Source of the DNA: the human T2T-CHM13v2.0 reference genome, Homo sapiens | Strand: one strand, 5' to 3' | Assembly: GCF_009914755.1 (NCBI RefSeq) | Contig: NC_060929.1 | DNA length: 64,000 bases | Notes under the pieces: generated by a model | Database searches by the model: none | What the model saw: the letters and a program-made list of their open reading frames with translations, nothing else | Told to the model about the DNA's origin: nothing | Position numbers and translations under genes: made by a program | Shown: piece after piece, positions 24,207 to 48,300 of the stretch | How positions within the stretch are numbered: position 1 is the stretch's first letter | How the letters are laid out: each line of letters starts with the position of its first letter

Positions 24207-24917
24207 TAGTGTGACCCTTCAGATGTGTTAGGCCAGAGATAGGGTTCAGAGCCACCAGAGAGTGCCTGCGTTGCTTTAGAGCATTTAATTATTTAATAGT
24301 AATAGTAAAATTTAATAAAACAGTATGTCAACCAAGCAAAAACCTGCTTTTTTGTTTGTTTTGTAGAGATAGGGTCTTGCTATGTTGCCCAGGCTGGTCT
24401 CTGAACTCCTGGCCTCAAGTGATCCTCCCACCTCAGCCTCCCAAAGCACTGGGATTACAAGTGTGAGCCACCGTGCCCCGCCAAAAATACTTTTGATTTA
24501 ACCTTCTGGCTGCTAGTTTGCCAAGTGTTGTTGCCCAGGGTGGCTTGTTGAACCAGACTGTAGGGGAAGGTGCTGCAGTGAGAGTAGTGTTTTAGTATAT
24601 TTGGGTGTAGTGGGATTGATGGACAGAGATTTGTGGGAGCTGGCCATGTGATAGCATTGGATTTGGCAGAACTGGTAAAGATGCAGCGAGTCACTCTTTC
24701 ATAATTTCTAAAAGACTGGCCCATGTGAGAACGTACAAGCCCTCTGTTCTCTGTGATTGGAGCTTAGAATGCATGAGAGGAGGGAAGGGAGTTGGATATG
24801 AGTGAAATAAGCAGGGGCTAGATTCATTCCTCAAAGGAATATTTATGGAGCACTTACCAGAGATTGTTCTAGGACAAGATTGACGAGGCCCTTGTTCTCA
24901 TGGAGATCACGTTTTAG

Positions 24918-25160
24918 AGCAGGGTTTCCTAGCCTCAGCTCTATTGATATGTTGGACTGGATAATTGTTGTGGGGGGTGGGGGGTGGGGGCTGTCCTGTG
25001 CATTGTAGAATGTTTAGCAGCGTCCCTGGCCTCTCCCCACTAGATGCCAGTGGCACTCCCTCCCTTCACAGTTGTGACAAGCAAAAATATTTCCAGATAT
25101 TGCCAAATGCTCCCTGGGGGGCAAAATCAACTCTTCCCTCACTCAGTTAAGAGCTATTGT
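24918..25160 (-). mobile_element. MER20 (hAT-Charlie)
   Basis: Reverse-strand MER20 motifs: gtgcattgtagaatgtttagcagcgtccctggcctctccccactagatgccag...ccagatattgccaaatg. Confidence 0.75.
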
Positions 25161-25499
25161 CTTAGAGAATGAAATGACATAAGGTGATGAGGCTTGGTGT
25201 ATCATCTGAGACACTGGGACTCTTTGAAGGTTTGGGGATATGTTAAGGAGGAAAAAATGTGGAGTTAAGCCGGAAGTGTGACAGGAAGAGTGGAAAGAGT
25301 AGTTCAGAGGTATGATCAGCAGTTTCAACCCCCTCTCTCCTGGATCCTTCCCATCAGACATGTTCTAGAATGGGGGAATTGCAAATACTTATAGGGGATA
25401 GGTAGGGATAGAAAATGGCAAACTGGAAAGCTCAAGCCTCACATATAAGATATAATCATCTACCTTTAGCCCATTGATGCCTGGGGGAAATGCAGGCCC

Positions 25500-30190
<4,691 letters not shown>

Positions 30191-30377
30191 AATTTTTTTA
30201 AATTAATTTTTTATTTTATTTTATTTTGAGACAGGATCTCACTCTGTCACCCAGGCTGGAGTACAGTGGTGCAAAAACAGGTTGCTGCAGACTCAACCTC
30301 CTGGGTTCAAGTGATCCTCCCACCTCAGCCTCCCGAGTAGCTGGGATCATAGGCGCATGCCACCATGTCTGGCTAAC

Positions 30378-30411
<34 letters not shown>

Positions 30412-30464
30412 TAGAGACGGGGTCTTGCTATGTTGCCTCGGCTGGTCTCCAACTCCTGGACTCA

Positions 30465-30665
<201 letters not shown>

Positions 30666-30907
30666 TTAAAAAAAGTGTGTATGTGTGTATTTCTTCAGTC
30701 TTGATGGTAGTTAACAAGACTTCTTCCAGGTGTGTCCCGAGAGTCTCTGGTCATGTAGTCTGTGGTAGATTTTTCACTGAGATATGATTGTCCTCTTCAA
30801 CCTAAAAATCGCCTTGGAAAATAAGCCGAACAAGCTATACGTAGACATTTTAGGAGTATTGGGGTTCTCTAGTTCTTTATATGTGGTATCTCCTCTATGC
30901 TTATTAA

Positions 30908-31532
<625 letters not shown>

Positions 31533-31794
31533 TCAAAAATAAATAAATAAATAAATAAGCTCTTGCTTTCAAGGAAACCCTAATCTAGTTGGTTTTTGAA
31601 TAGAGTAGATTTTTAGTACAGTAAAACAGTCTGTGAGATTTAAAATTTTTTTTCTGACTTTAAAATATTTGTATTAAATGTAGAAATGTTGAAATTTAGA
31701 AGAATATAAATCTAAAAATCAGTCATCTGTAATCCTGCTTCCTGCCTAATGGCAGCTGTTACCAATATTTATATATATATTTTATCCCACTGTG

Positions 31795-32033
31795 TCATGC
31801 TATATATATGAAATGTGTGTGTATATATACATATATACACATATATACGTATGTATACACATATATGTATATATGACATATAAGTACATATATGTATGTA
31901 TGACATATATGTATGTTACATATAAGTACATATGTGTATGTATATGATACGTGTATGTATATATGACATATAAATACATATACGCACATATGTAATATAT
32001 ATTATATATATACACACACACATACACTCATAT
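31795..32033. repeat. (TA/CA/TG) low-complexity alternating purine-pyrimidine tract
   Basis: tatatatatg...catatatgtatatatgacatataagtacat..., about 240 bp. Confidence 0.9.
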
Positions 32034-32240
32034 AGTTTGAGTATCTCAAATTCAGAATGCTCCAAAATCTGAGACTTTGTCAACGTGATGGTCAAAGGAA
32101 GTGTTCTTTGGAGCTTTTGGGATTTCAGATTTTCAGATTTGGGGTGCTTAGCTAGTAATGCAGATATTCCAAAATCCCAAAAACCCTAAATCCAAAACAC
32201 TTCTAGTCTCAAGCATTTCGAATAAGGGATACTTGACATA
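32033..32240. mobile_element. Tigger4/MER46-like MITE
   Basis: gtttgagtatc...aatgctccaaaatctgagac...ccaaaacacttctagtctcaagcatttcgaataagggatacttgac, with roughly inverted termini. Confidence 0.6.
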
Positions 32241-32527
32241 TATATGTATATATATATAGTTCAGAGTATATTCTATATGTAGTTTTGTATTCTCCTTTTT
32301 CCTCTAAAGCTCATATCGCACATTTCTGTGGGATCCAGGTAAAAAATCTCCACCCAACCATAGCACAACACAGATTTATATCAGAAAAGTAGCTAATTTT
32401 TGACTGCCAGGATTAAGCTGCTTTTGACAAAGTTATATGTTTAGCCCATGTGTTCCTGATGGTTAGCTTCCTCATTATGATCATGCACTACAAATGGAGG
32501 GGGATTCTCTTTTGTATTTTCTCTTAG

Positions 32528-32692
<165 letters not shown>

Positions 32693-32862
32693 TAGCAGCC
32701 ATGGAGTGTGTCAATACTGTTCAAAGTTACTGGTGTTTTGGTACTCCCTGCACAGTTGGCTGAGGCAGGCCAGGTGGACTTGATTGATTCAGTAGCTTTG
32801 TGATATCATCAAGGATCCAGATTTTTCTTCTCTTCTCTTTTCTGTTTTGCCTTTCTTGGTGA

Positions 32863-33158
<296 letters not shown>

Positions 33159-33412
33159 TGAGCCATCATGGCCGGCCGATGGCTGTGTCTTTAAGCTGGT
33201 TGCAAGAGGCTTCCAAGTGTTCTAGGCATCACTTCCCCTACCACATAATATTCAGAGGAATAAGAGAGAATATATCTTCCTGTAGCCCTCATGCCTACCT
33301 AGTGGAACATGCTATTTTTCCTTTGTGTTCCTATTTTGTATTGTGTTACAGGGTCTGTTTTCCTTCCAGAGTTTCAGTTCCTTAAAAGCTGAATGGCTGA
33401 GGTCTTACTTAA

Positions 33413-33613
<201 letters not shown>

Positions 33614-33768
33614 ATAGAACCTGTTGTGCAACCACGGTTTAACCGGAGATTTTGAGGCTAGGGTGTGTTTCTTTCGAACTTTTCGGAATGTCTGGAACAT
33701 TTCATTTCCTGTTTTGTTACCTGTGCCTCTGTAAATCTACTTTTGCAATTTTAAGTAATAATTTTATG

Positions 33769-33827
33769 AATAAAAATGGGAAATGCTTCCTAATTCCACA
33801 TAGTATTTGCATTGTTTTATAAATAAA
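33769..33827 (+). terminator. RPL26L1 tandem polyadenylation signals
   Basis: AATAAA at 33769-33774 and at 33822-33827, 155-215 nt after the stop. Confidence 0.75.
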
Positions 33828-33965
33828 TTCCACTTACTATCAATTCCCCTTTGCCAGTCTTTTCCTATTTAATGTGTGGAACAGCAAAATCGCAGGGGTA
33901 GGGTTAAATGGCCCTCCTCTTGCCTGGACTCTTGTGCTGATGAAGTAGAAAGGGCAGGGCTCTAG

Positions 33966-34115
<150 letters not shown>

Positions 34116-34868
34116 TAGCAGTCGTAATGTGCACTGTCACATCTCACGCCTGACAGATTGCTCTCTGGCCTCCTGACTTGGGCTTCCCCAGCTTTCTCTC
34201 CAAGTGCCAACTAAACCAAATCATGTGCAGCTCCCTGACCAGGCTTATCTTCCCAAAGTTTTGACTTTGCAATTGCCATTTTCATGTGACTAAAAAGCCC
34301 CTTTTCCTCTGGAACTAACTTGAGAAACTGGCAGCCTACAGGAAAGATTTAACTGAGATACTGTTTTTCACTATATTTTCCAACATTTAAAATGTGGGAG
34401 ACTCCACAGAGAATCACCTGCTTCACCTGGCTCCACGGGGCTCTCCCTGTTTTGCAGTGTTAAGTGCAGCCAAGGGCTTGGCGGTTCCCTATCCCACCTG
34501 CTCTGCTCCCATACGCTTCTTGCCTGGCCTCCATTGGCCTCCGCATTAGACTCCTGGTCTAACTTTCAAGCAACTAAATCTTCAAGATTTAGTTCCTTTG
34601 GCCAGGCACAGTGACTCATGCCTGTAATCTCAGAACTTTGGGATACTCGTGGGAGGATGGCTTGAACCCAGGAGTGTAAGACCAGCCTGGTTAACTACTG
34701 AGACCCCACCACTACAAAAAAAAAAAAAATTAATTTTTTTAATTAGAAAAAAAGATTTAATTCCTTTGAGAGGTATGTAGTGAATAAAAATTTTTAGAAA
34801 ATGTATCTCCAGGGCCACATCCAAAATCCTCTGTCCCTGTGGGAAAAAAAAAAAAAAACTTTTTTTGA

Positions 34869-35033
<165 letters not shown>

Positions 35034-35144
35034 TGAACTCCTGACCTCAAGTGATCCGCCTGTCTCAGCCTCCCAAAGTGCTGCAATTAACAGGCATGAG
35101 CCACTGCACCTGTCCTAAAAAAAAACACAAAAAATTTTTTTTAA

Positions 35145-35420
<276 letters not shown>

Positions 35421-37914
35421 TAGCCTAAAAAATAATAATGTATTGATTAAAATGTATCAAACAGCCTTTTATGACTTTCTAGTAATGGTTTATCTGACAC
35501 ACTGGAATTTCTTAATAAATGTTAATTGAATCAGTGTTGTTTCCCATTTTGACTGATGAAGAAAACAAGCTTAGGTTAACTGTCCAAATCACAGCATAAG
35601 AAATGAAGCCAAGATTTGAACCCGAGCCTGACTGCATCAAAAGGCCATTCACTTCCCACATTAGCCACTTATCTTTAGTCTTCCTTCCTTCACTCTTGTC
35701 AGCCTTTCACTGGAGTCTGATAAGAGACTGCATATTTATGTGGAACAGACAAGAACCTATGTGTTTGCAGCCGGTAGTGCTACTTAGGAAAGCATTATCA
35801 CCAACTGTCCAGGTCTAATCCTAGCTCTGCCACTGGACAGTCATCAGCCTTTGAGCAAGTTACTCATCTCTGGACTTCTAAACAGATGATAATACCTGCT
35901 CTGCCTTCTTATCTCATCGAAAATGCAAAGATAAAATGGCAAGATCAGATGGGCCGTTTCTGAGTACTCTTTGAAAGCTATGAGTATACAAATGTTAATT
36001 TCACTATCATTGTTCAGTTTACTTATATGTCCAATTCTGACATTCACTCTGCACTCAAAGAGGCAGTTATTTTTCAGAAAAGAAATCAGTGAGTTTGGCA
36101 GGGCGCAGTGGCTCACACCTGTAATCCCAGCACTTTGGGAGGCCAAGGTGGGTGGATCACCTGAGGTCAGTAGTTCGAGACCAGCCTGGCCAACATGGTG
36201 AAACCCCGTCTCTACTGAAAATACAAAAATTAGCTGGGTATGGTGGCGCACGCCTGAATCCCAGCTACTTAGGAGGCTGAGGCACGAGAATCGCTTGAAC
36301 CCGGGAGGCGGAGGTTGCAGTGAGCCAAGATTGCACCACTGCACTGTAGCCTGGGAGACAGAGCGAGACTGCATCTCAAAAAAACAAAAAAAATCAGTGA
36401 GTTCAAAAACCACAAAACTCAAGATGTGTTCTCTGACTTGGCATTGATACACTGAACTCACTGATACAAGGTAGACAGATACTGTCCTGTCCCTGGAGTC
36501 AGACAGATTTGGGTTCAAATCCTGCTCTTGTTCTTGGGAGGTCATTTTTCTGATTCTCTGTTTTTCTATTTATGTAAAAAGCTGCCAGACACAGTGGCTC
36601 ACGCTTGTAATCCCAGCACTTTGGGAGCCTGAGGTGGAAGGATCGCTGGAGCCCAGGAGTTTCAGACCAGCCTGCGTAACATAGTGAGACCCCATATCGA
36701 CAAAATAATTTAAAAACTAGCCAGGTGTGGTGGCCCATGCCTGTAGTCCCAGCTACCCAGGAGGCTGAGGTGGGGAGGATTGTTTGAACTCAGAAGGTCA
36801 AGATTGCAGTGAGCCATGATGACATTGCACTCTAGCCCGGGCAACAGAGCGGAACCCTGCCTCAAAAATAACAAATAAATAAAAGAGTAGGTGCCCACCA
36901 TACAGCAGCTGTATAATCATTAACATGCTGAGCTATGTATCTAATGAGTATAGTGAGTAGGTTAACTAGTAAATTCTGAAATTTATATTTTCTAATTTGA
37001 TTCTTGTCTTTGTTCTCAACCAATACATATTTTAGGACTCTAAGAGTTGCATGAAAGTCAGATTTCATACTAAACTCACAGCTCCTTACTCTACAGTCTG
37101 TAACCTGGTCTGAGCTCCAGGCTCCAGCCATTACTTTCATTAGTAAATTTAAGTTATGATATCATCTAGGAATCAGACCTGGCTTGTTTTCAGCAACTTA
37201 TTCCAAGAAAAATGACCAATAAGAGCTTTGAGAGCTGCAATCCCCCTGTAGGTATCCAAATCATACCACACTGCTTATACTGAGCCAGGTTGATAATAAT
37301 AATGCATGATGAAGAGCAGGAACTAGGCCTCAAGTTGAGTTCTAATCTTAGCTCTGTCATTTCCTAGCTGTGTGACCTTGGGCAAACTGCTTAACCTCTC
37401 TGGGCCTCAGGTTTGTCATTTATAAAATGGAGATAAAATTAGTACTTACTTCATAGAGTTGTCAGACTTATTACTTGAGATACTGTGTGTAAAGCACAGA
37501 GTGCTCAGGAAGTTTTAGCTATTGTCTTAAAGGAGATTGGCAATGGAATTCGTTCACAGGAACATAGAGAAAAGTTTTTCTCCAGGGAGGTGAGACAAAT
37601 ACTGATTCTTGAAAAAAGGGAAGGGTTTAAGGGCAACAGTGATGTGTTTGGGCTGCTGCAGGAAATGAGGATTGGAGAATGCCAGATGGGTGGGCCTGCC
37701 TATCAAAGTTCAGGCCATGGGGTATTAGCTTGTTTTCTGGAATGAATGAATTATACAGTTTTCTACTGACCTTTTCATCACATTTGCGGATGTCCATTCC
37801 CTTGAGTGGTTCCCTTCTGCTATTCTGGGAAGATGCCAAACTTTTAAACTTCAGATAACTGCTTTTGAATGTCTGCTTTCACATTGCATAGGCATGAGAT
37901 GTTCAGCCACATAA

Positions 37915-38223
<309 letters not shown>

Positions 38224-39096
38224 TGACGTGAGTTGGATGAGCAAGTAATTGAATCTTCCAGGAACCAGACAGAACCCAACTAACCACGAGTCCAGCATTC
38301 TCTGCTGCTGCTGCAGACTTTGAGCAGTTCCTATCTGATAGTTTACCAGAGTCTTGTTCATTGTCCTTTTAAACTGGTATTTTTTAATTAGATAAGTAGT
38401 GCTTATATATGGTACAAAATTAAAAGGTAAAACAAAAAAGTAGACGGTGAAAAGTATGTTTCTTTGTCACCTTGAGTCTCAGTCACTCGGTTCTCTCCAG
38501 AGGCACTGTTTCCAGTTTCTTTTGTAGCCTTCCAAAAACAGTATTTATTATATTCATATTCAATTGAATGTTTATTGAAAGTTTGATCCATGAGAAAGTC
38601 CTCATGAGAAAAGCAGGCCATCCAAATTTAAACAGCTATATAAGGTTGATTTATTATCTGAACACCATAATTACAAAAACATGCACAGATATGAGAATGT
38701 TCTTTGACCATCAGAAATAACTAAATTGGCCGGGTGCGGCAGCTCACACCTGTAATCCCAGCACTTTGGGAGACCGAGGCAGAAGGATCATGAGGGCAGG
38801 AGATCAAGACCATCCTGGCTAACACGGTGAAACCCCATCTCCACTAAAAAAAAAAAAAAAAATACAAAAAATTAGTCGGGCGTGGTGGCGGGCGCCTGTA
38901 GTCCCAGCTATTCAGGAGGCTGAGGCAGGAGAATAGCGTGAACCCGGGAAGCGGAGCTTGCAGTGAGCCGAGATCACACCACTGCACTCCAGCCTGGGTG
39001 ACACAGCGAGACTCTGTCTAAAAAAAAAAAAGAGGCCAGGCGCAGTGGCTCACGCCTGTAATTCCAGCACTCTGGGAGGCCGAGGTGGGCGGATCA

Positions 39097-39396
<300 letters not shown>

Positions 39397-39504
39397 CTAG
39401 TTCTAGAATAGGCTTTTAAAGGTCTCATCTTATGCAGCAGATGATGTCTGAATCTTGTGAAGTTGTGTGTAATTTAGGATTCTCTGTATGCCGACTTATT
39501 TCTT

Positions 39505-40786
39505 GAAATGGGAGAGGCTGTCAGTCGGCGCCACATGTGGGCTGGTGGCTCTGTGGCAGTGGTGGCGGCTGGACTCCGGCACCATGAGCGGCTTCAGCAC
39601 TGAGGAGCGCGCCACGCCCTTCTCCCTGAAGTACCGAGTCTTCCTCAAAAATGAGAAAGGACAATATATGTCTCCATTTCAAGATATTCCAATTTATGCA
39701 GATAAGGATGTGTTCCACGTGGTAGTTGAAGTACCACTGTGGTCTAATGCAAAAATGGAGGTTGCTACAAAGGACCCTTTAAACCCCATTAAACAAGATG
39801 TGAAAAAAAGAAAACTTCGCTATGTTGCGAATTTGTTCCCGTATAAAGGATATGTCTGGAACTATGGTGCCATCCCTCAGACTTGGGAAGACCCAGGGCA
39901 CAATGATAAACATACTGGCTGTTGTGGTGACAATGACCCAATTGATGTGTGTGAAATTGGAAGCAAGGTATGTGCAAGAGATGAAATAATTGGTGTGAAA
40001 GTTCTAGGCATATTGGCTATGATTGACGAAGGGGAAACCGACTGGAAAGTCATTGCCATTAATATGGATGATCCTGATGCAGGCAATTATACTGATATCA
40101 GTGATGTCAAACGGCTGAAACCCGGCTACTTAGAGGCTACTGTGGACTGGTTTAGAAGGTATAAGGTTCCTGATGGAAAACCAGAAAATGAGTTTGCTTT
40201 TAATGCAGAATTTGAAGATAAGGACTTTGCAATTGATATTATTAAAAGCACTCATGACCATTGGAAAGCATTAGTGACTAAGAAAATGAATGGAAAAGGA
40301 ATCAGCTGCATGAACAAAACTGTGTCTGAGAGCCTGTTCAAGTGTGATCCTGATGCTGCCAGAGCCATTGTGGATGCTTTACCACCACCCTGTGAATCTG
40401 CCTGCACAGTACCAACAGACGTGGATACGTGGTTCCATCACCAGAAGAACTAATGGGATTTCTCTGGAATACAAGCTGATATTGCTGCATCGTGTTCATC
40501 TGGATGTATTAGATGTAAAATAGTAGCTTTTCAAAGCTTTAAATGTGTAGAACTCATCTAAGTAAATTCTGCTGTGACCAATCCCATGTACTCAGAACGT
40601 TACCCATCTAAAGCATTTTTCATATCTCAACTAAGATAACTTTCAGCACGTGCTTAAATATCAAGGCAGTTGTCATTTGGAAGTCACTTGTGAATAGATG
40701 TGCAAGGGGAGCACATATTGGATGTATATGTTACCATATGTTAGGAAATAAAATTATTTTGCTTAAAAAAAAGAAATAGGAGAGGC
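39505..40786 (+). pseudogene. PPA1: Processed retrocopy of PPA1 (cytosolic inorganic pyrophosphatase) mRNA with 5' UTR, CDS, 3' UTR, poly(A) and TSD
   Basis: Intronless. TSD GAAATGGGAGAGGC (39505-39518) and GAAATAGGAGAGGC (40773-40786), AATAAA at 40747-40752, A8 at 40765-40772. The symbol refers to the parent gene. Confidence 0.93.
39584..40453 (+). CDS. Intact PPA1-like ORF (289 aa) within the retrocopy; expression unknown
   Basis: GGCACCATG context, [10 protein letters not shown]...WFHHQKN with no stops or frameshifts. Family I PPase motifs [15 protein letters not shown] and WFRRYK are present. Confidence 0.5.
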   Translation: MSGFSTEERATPFSLKYRVFLKNEKGQYMSPFQDIPIYADKDVFHVVVEVPLWSNAKMEVATKDPLNPIKQDVKKRKLRYVANLFPYKGYVWNYGAIPQTWEDPGHNDKHTGCCGDNDPIDVCEIGSKVCARDEIIGVKVLGILAMIDEGETDWKVIAINMDDPDAGNYTDISDVKRLKPGYLEATVDWFRRYKVPDGKPENEFAFNAEFEDKDFAIDIIKSTHDHWKALVTKKMNGKGISCMNKTVSESLFKCDPDAARAIVDALPPPCESACTVPTDVDTWFHHQKN

Positions 40787-41078
40787 AACATGGCTTAGTG
40801 GAAAGAACAGGAGCTACAAAGAGCCGTGTTCAGATCCAAGCTCTGTCACTGAAAACAGCTATGCTTTGGACAAGTTACAAATTACAAGTTACAAGCCTTT
40901 TAGGACTGGGTGCAGTGGCTCACACCTGTAATCCCAGCACTTTGGGAGGCCGAGGCAGGTGAATCACCTGATGTCAAGAGTTTGAGACCAACCTGGCCAA
41001 CATGGTGAAACCCTGTCTCTACTAAAAATACAAAACTAGCCAGTTGTGGTGGCGGGCACCTGTAATCCCAGTTACTCA

Positions 41079-41402
<324 letters not shown>

Positions 41403-41634
41403 CTAAGGAGTAATAAATCCTGCTAGGGTTTTCAGCTGCCCCAGTAACTTCCAAGCTTCCAGAGTAGCTTGGAAAGGGGCTTTATGACACCATATCTTCG
41501 TGACTCTGCATGCCTGTTTTTACCTACAGGACTGAGTTTAGGAAAGAAGGGCTCCTCAGCTCGTTGCACAATAGTGTTTCAGTCAACTCTTGTTTCCTTG
41601 ATGCTGCTGGGGGGCCTCTGAGGTTTTTCCTCTA

Positions 41635-42994
<1,360 letters not shown>

Positions 42995-43247
42995 TCATTT
43001 GGTGTGTGATAAAATGCTTTTGACAGACTGGCTGATAGAGGGAGCTATAGGCTAATGCTAGCCCACATATATAATACTGAGATACTAACTTTTCTCCTTT
43101 CACAGATGAAACCAACAGATTTAGACAGAATTGGTGTCTAAAGAGTTACATCCAGCCGGGCGCGGTGGCTCACGCCTGTAATCCCAGCACTTTGGGAGGC
43201 CGAGGCGGGCGGATCACAAGGTCAGGAAATCGAGACCATCCTGGCTA

Positions 43248-43530
<283 letters not shown>

Positions 43531-43914
43531 TCACCTGAGGTCAGGAGTTCGAGACCAGCCTGGCCAACATGGCAAAACCCCATCTCTACTAAAAAATAAA
43601 AATAAAAATAAAAATTAGCTGGGCATGTAGCACGTGCCTGTAATCCCAGCTACTCAGAAGGCTGAGGCAGAAGAATCACTTGAACTCAGGAGGCGGAGGT
43701 TGCAGTGAGCTGGGATCGTGCCATTGCACTCCAGCTTGGGCAACAAGAGCAAAACTCTGTCTCAAAAAAAAAGGAAAAAAAAAAAAAAGAGTTACATCCT
43801 TGTACTTCCAGACATTGCTTCTCAAAGAGGCTGCCCAGAAGATAAAGCAAAGGTTAGACACAAAAAGGGATCAATTTAAGACAAAAATTTCCACTTGTTT
43901 AAGAAATGGGAAAG

Positions 43915-44812
<898 letters not shown>

Positions 44813-44940
44813 TAAAAGGAAAGGGCCTGACTGCGGCAGCTCATACCTGTAATCCTAGCATTTTGGGAGGCCAAGGCAGGAGGATTCCTTGAGGCCGGAG
44901 TTCGAGACCAGCCTGGGCAACATGGTGAAACCCCATCTCT

Positions 44941-45415
<475 letters not shown>

Positions 45416-45469
45416 CTACTGCACTCCAGCCTGGGCAACAGAGTGAGATTCCATCAAAAAAAGAAAAAA

Positions 45470-45537
45470 GAAAGAAAGAAAGAGAGAGGAAGGAAGGAAG
45501 GAAGGAAGGAAGGAAGGAAGGAAGGAAGGAAGGAGAA
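45470..45537. repeat. (GGAA)n microsatellite at an Alu tail
   Basis: About 11 consecutive GGAA units. Confidence 0.9.
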
Positions 45538-47222
45538 AGTAGAAATGAACTTCTTTCTCTAATTTTGTTCTGACCTCATCCCTTCTTAGCTACTCAATTC
45601 AGTTGCACAGTTATTTATTGAGCACATTCTATGTATAAAGTCCTCCCGGAAACAAAGATCAGTGAAACAGTGCCTATTCTCAAGGAGTTGGCCCTCTAGT
45701 AGAGGGTTGGTCAAGATACATATACAACAAGGCCAAAGAGATGCGCTAACAGGATGAAATGGGTCTTGGAGAAGGCGGTGTTTGGGCTAGAACTTAAGGA
45801 CCATAGGATTTCTGCTGGGGCTAAGTTTTGGGGAAGCATTATGAGCACAAAGGAGACAAACTAGTTTTCTACATTGCTGATCAGGTTAAAGGCTTAGAAT
45901 CATGTCCGAAAAGTTGGTACAGATGTTGAAGATTATTGGTCCAGTTTCCCGTTTAATACAGGAATCCATTCTACTTGATGAAAGAAATCAGGAGTTAATG
46001 CAATGTGGCTACTGCAAGGAAACCATGGTCCCTGGTAAAGCACATTGCATTTAAAGACCTGCTTTCTATCTTGCTTTCACCTGTAAGCTTTATCATCAAG
46101 CTCCTCAACCTCTCTGAGAACTGGCTTCCTTGTCTATTCCAAGCTTGGCGCATACTATAACTAACATATGTGAAAATTCTCAGCAAGCGTTCTAAGCCCT
46201 GTTTATCAGCTCAGCACGGTGGCTTATGCCAGTAATCCCGGCACTTTGGGAGGCTGAGGTGGAGGATCCCTTCAGGCCAGGAGTTTAAGACCCACCGGGG
46301 CAACATAGCGAGGCTCTGTCTCTACAAAACATTTTAAAAATTAGCTGGTGTGGTGGTGCACACCTGTAGTCCCAGCTCCTCAGGAGGCTGAGGCAGAAGG
46401 ATGGCTTGAGCCCGGGAGTTCCAGGCAGCAGTGAGCTATGGAGCACCACTGCACTCCAGCCTGGGTGACAGAGCAAGGCCCTGTCTCAAAAAACAAACAA
46501 ACAAACAAAACTGTTTTACCTTTCTTTTTCTTTCTTTCTTTTTTTTTTTTTTTTTGAGGCAGAGTTTCACTCTGTCGCCAAGGCTGGAGTGCAGTGGTGC
46601 GATCTCAGCTCATTATAACCTCTGCCTCCCAGGGATTCAAGCGGTTCTTGTTCCTCAGCCTCCTGAGTGGCTGGGACTACAGGTGCATACCTGGCCAATT
46701 TTTGTATTTTTAGTAGAGATGGGATTTCACCATGTTGCCCAGGCTAGTCTTGAACTACTGACCTCAGGTGATCTGCCCGCCTCGGCCTCCCAAAGTGCTG
46801 GGATTACAGGTGTGAGCCACCATGCCTGGCCTGTTTTTCTTCTTACCATTCTGGCTAATTTCTACTTGTCTTTCAAGGCTCAGCAAGGACGAGTTGGGTA
46901 GAAAGCCTTGCAGGGTCGTCCACTTACTTTCACACTGCATTGAGTCGCCTGTTTGCAAGGTCATCTGCTCCCCAGAATGTGAACTCCCTCAGGGGTGCCT
47001 GATTGACTTCTGTAACTCCAGAGCCTGGCACAGCACACAAGATAAATAGTGGTGCGCTAGTTAAGAGCTCTGGCCTTGAAAATCAGATAATCAGGGGTTG
47101 AATCCTGGCCCTGCCACTTACTATGTGACTTTGGGCAAGATCCTTATCCTCTTCCCTGGGCCTCAGTTTCTTCAACTGCAAAGTGGGGATAATAATTACA
47201 ATTACCTCATAGGCTGAAGTGA

Positions 47223-47373
<151 letters not shown>

Positions 47374-47719
47374 TAGCTGGGACCACAGGCGCGCACCACC
47401 ACACCCAGCTAATTTTTGTATTTTTAGTAGAGACAGGGTTACACCATGTTGGCCAGGCTGGTCTCGAACTCCTGACCTCAAGTGATCCGCCTGCCTCAGC
47501 CTGCCAAAGTGCTGGGATTACAGGCGTGAGCCACCGCACCCGGCCTGGGGCTCATGAACTTAAAGATCATGGCCCAGTGCCAGGCACACGGGAATTCAGA
47601 ATAGTAAGGGACAACTATTGTTAAGTTCTCTATGTCTGTTGCATAAGTAGATGAGGCTGTAGATAACTACACTCTTTGTCTAAAAGGGCCAAGTTCTCAT
47701 CAGAACACTTTGCTGAGCC

Positions 47720-48300
<581 letters not shown>

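Noticed and set aside
31795-32027. Tyr/Ile/His-rich ORFs
   Set aside because: Translation of a TA/CA low-complexity repeat.
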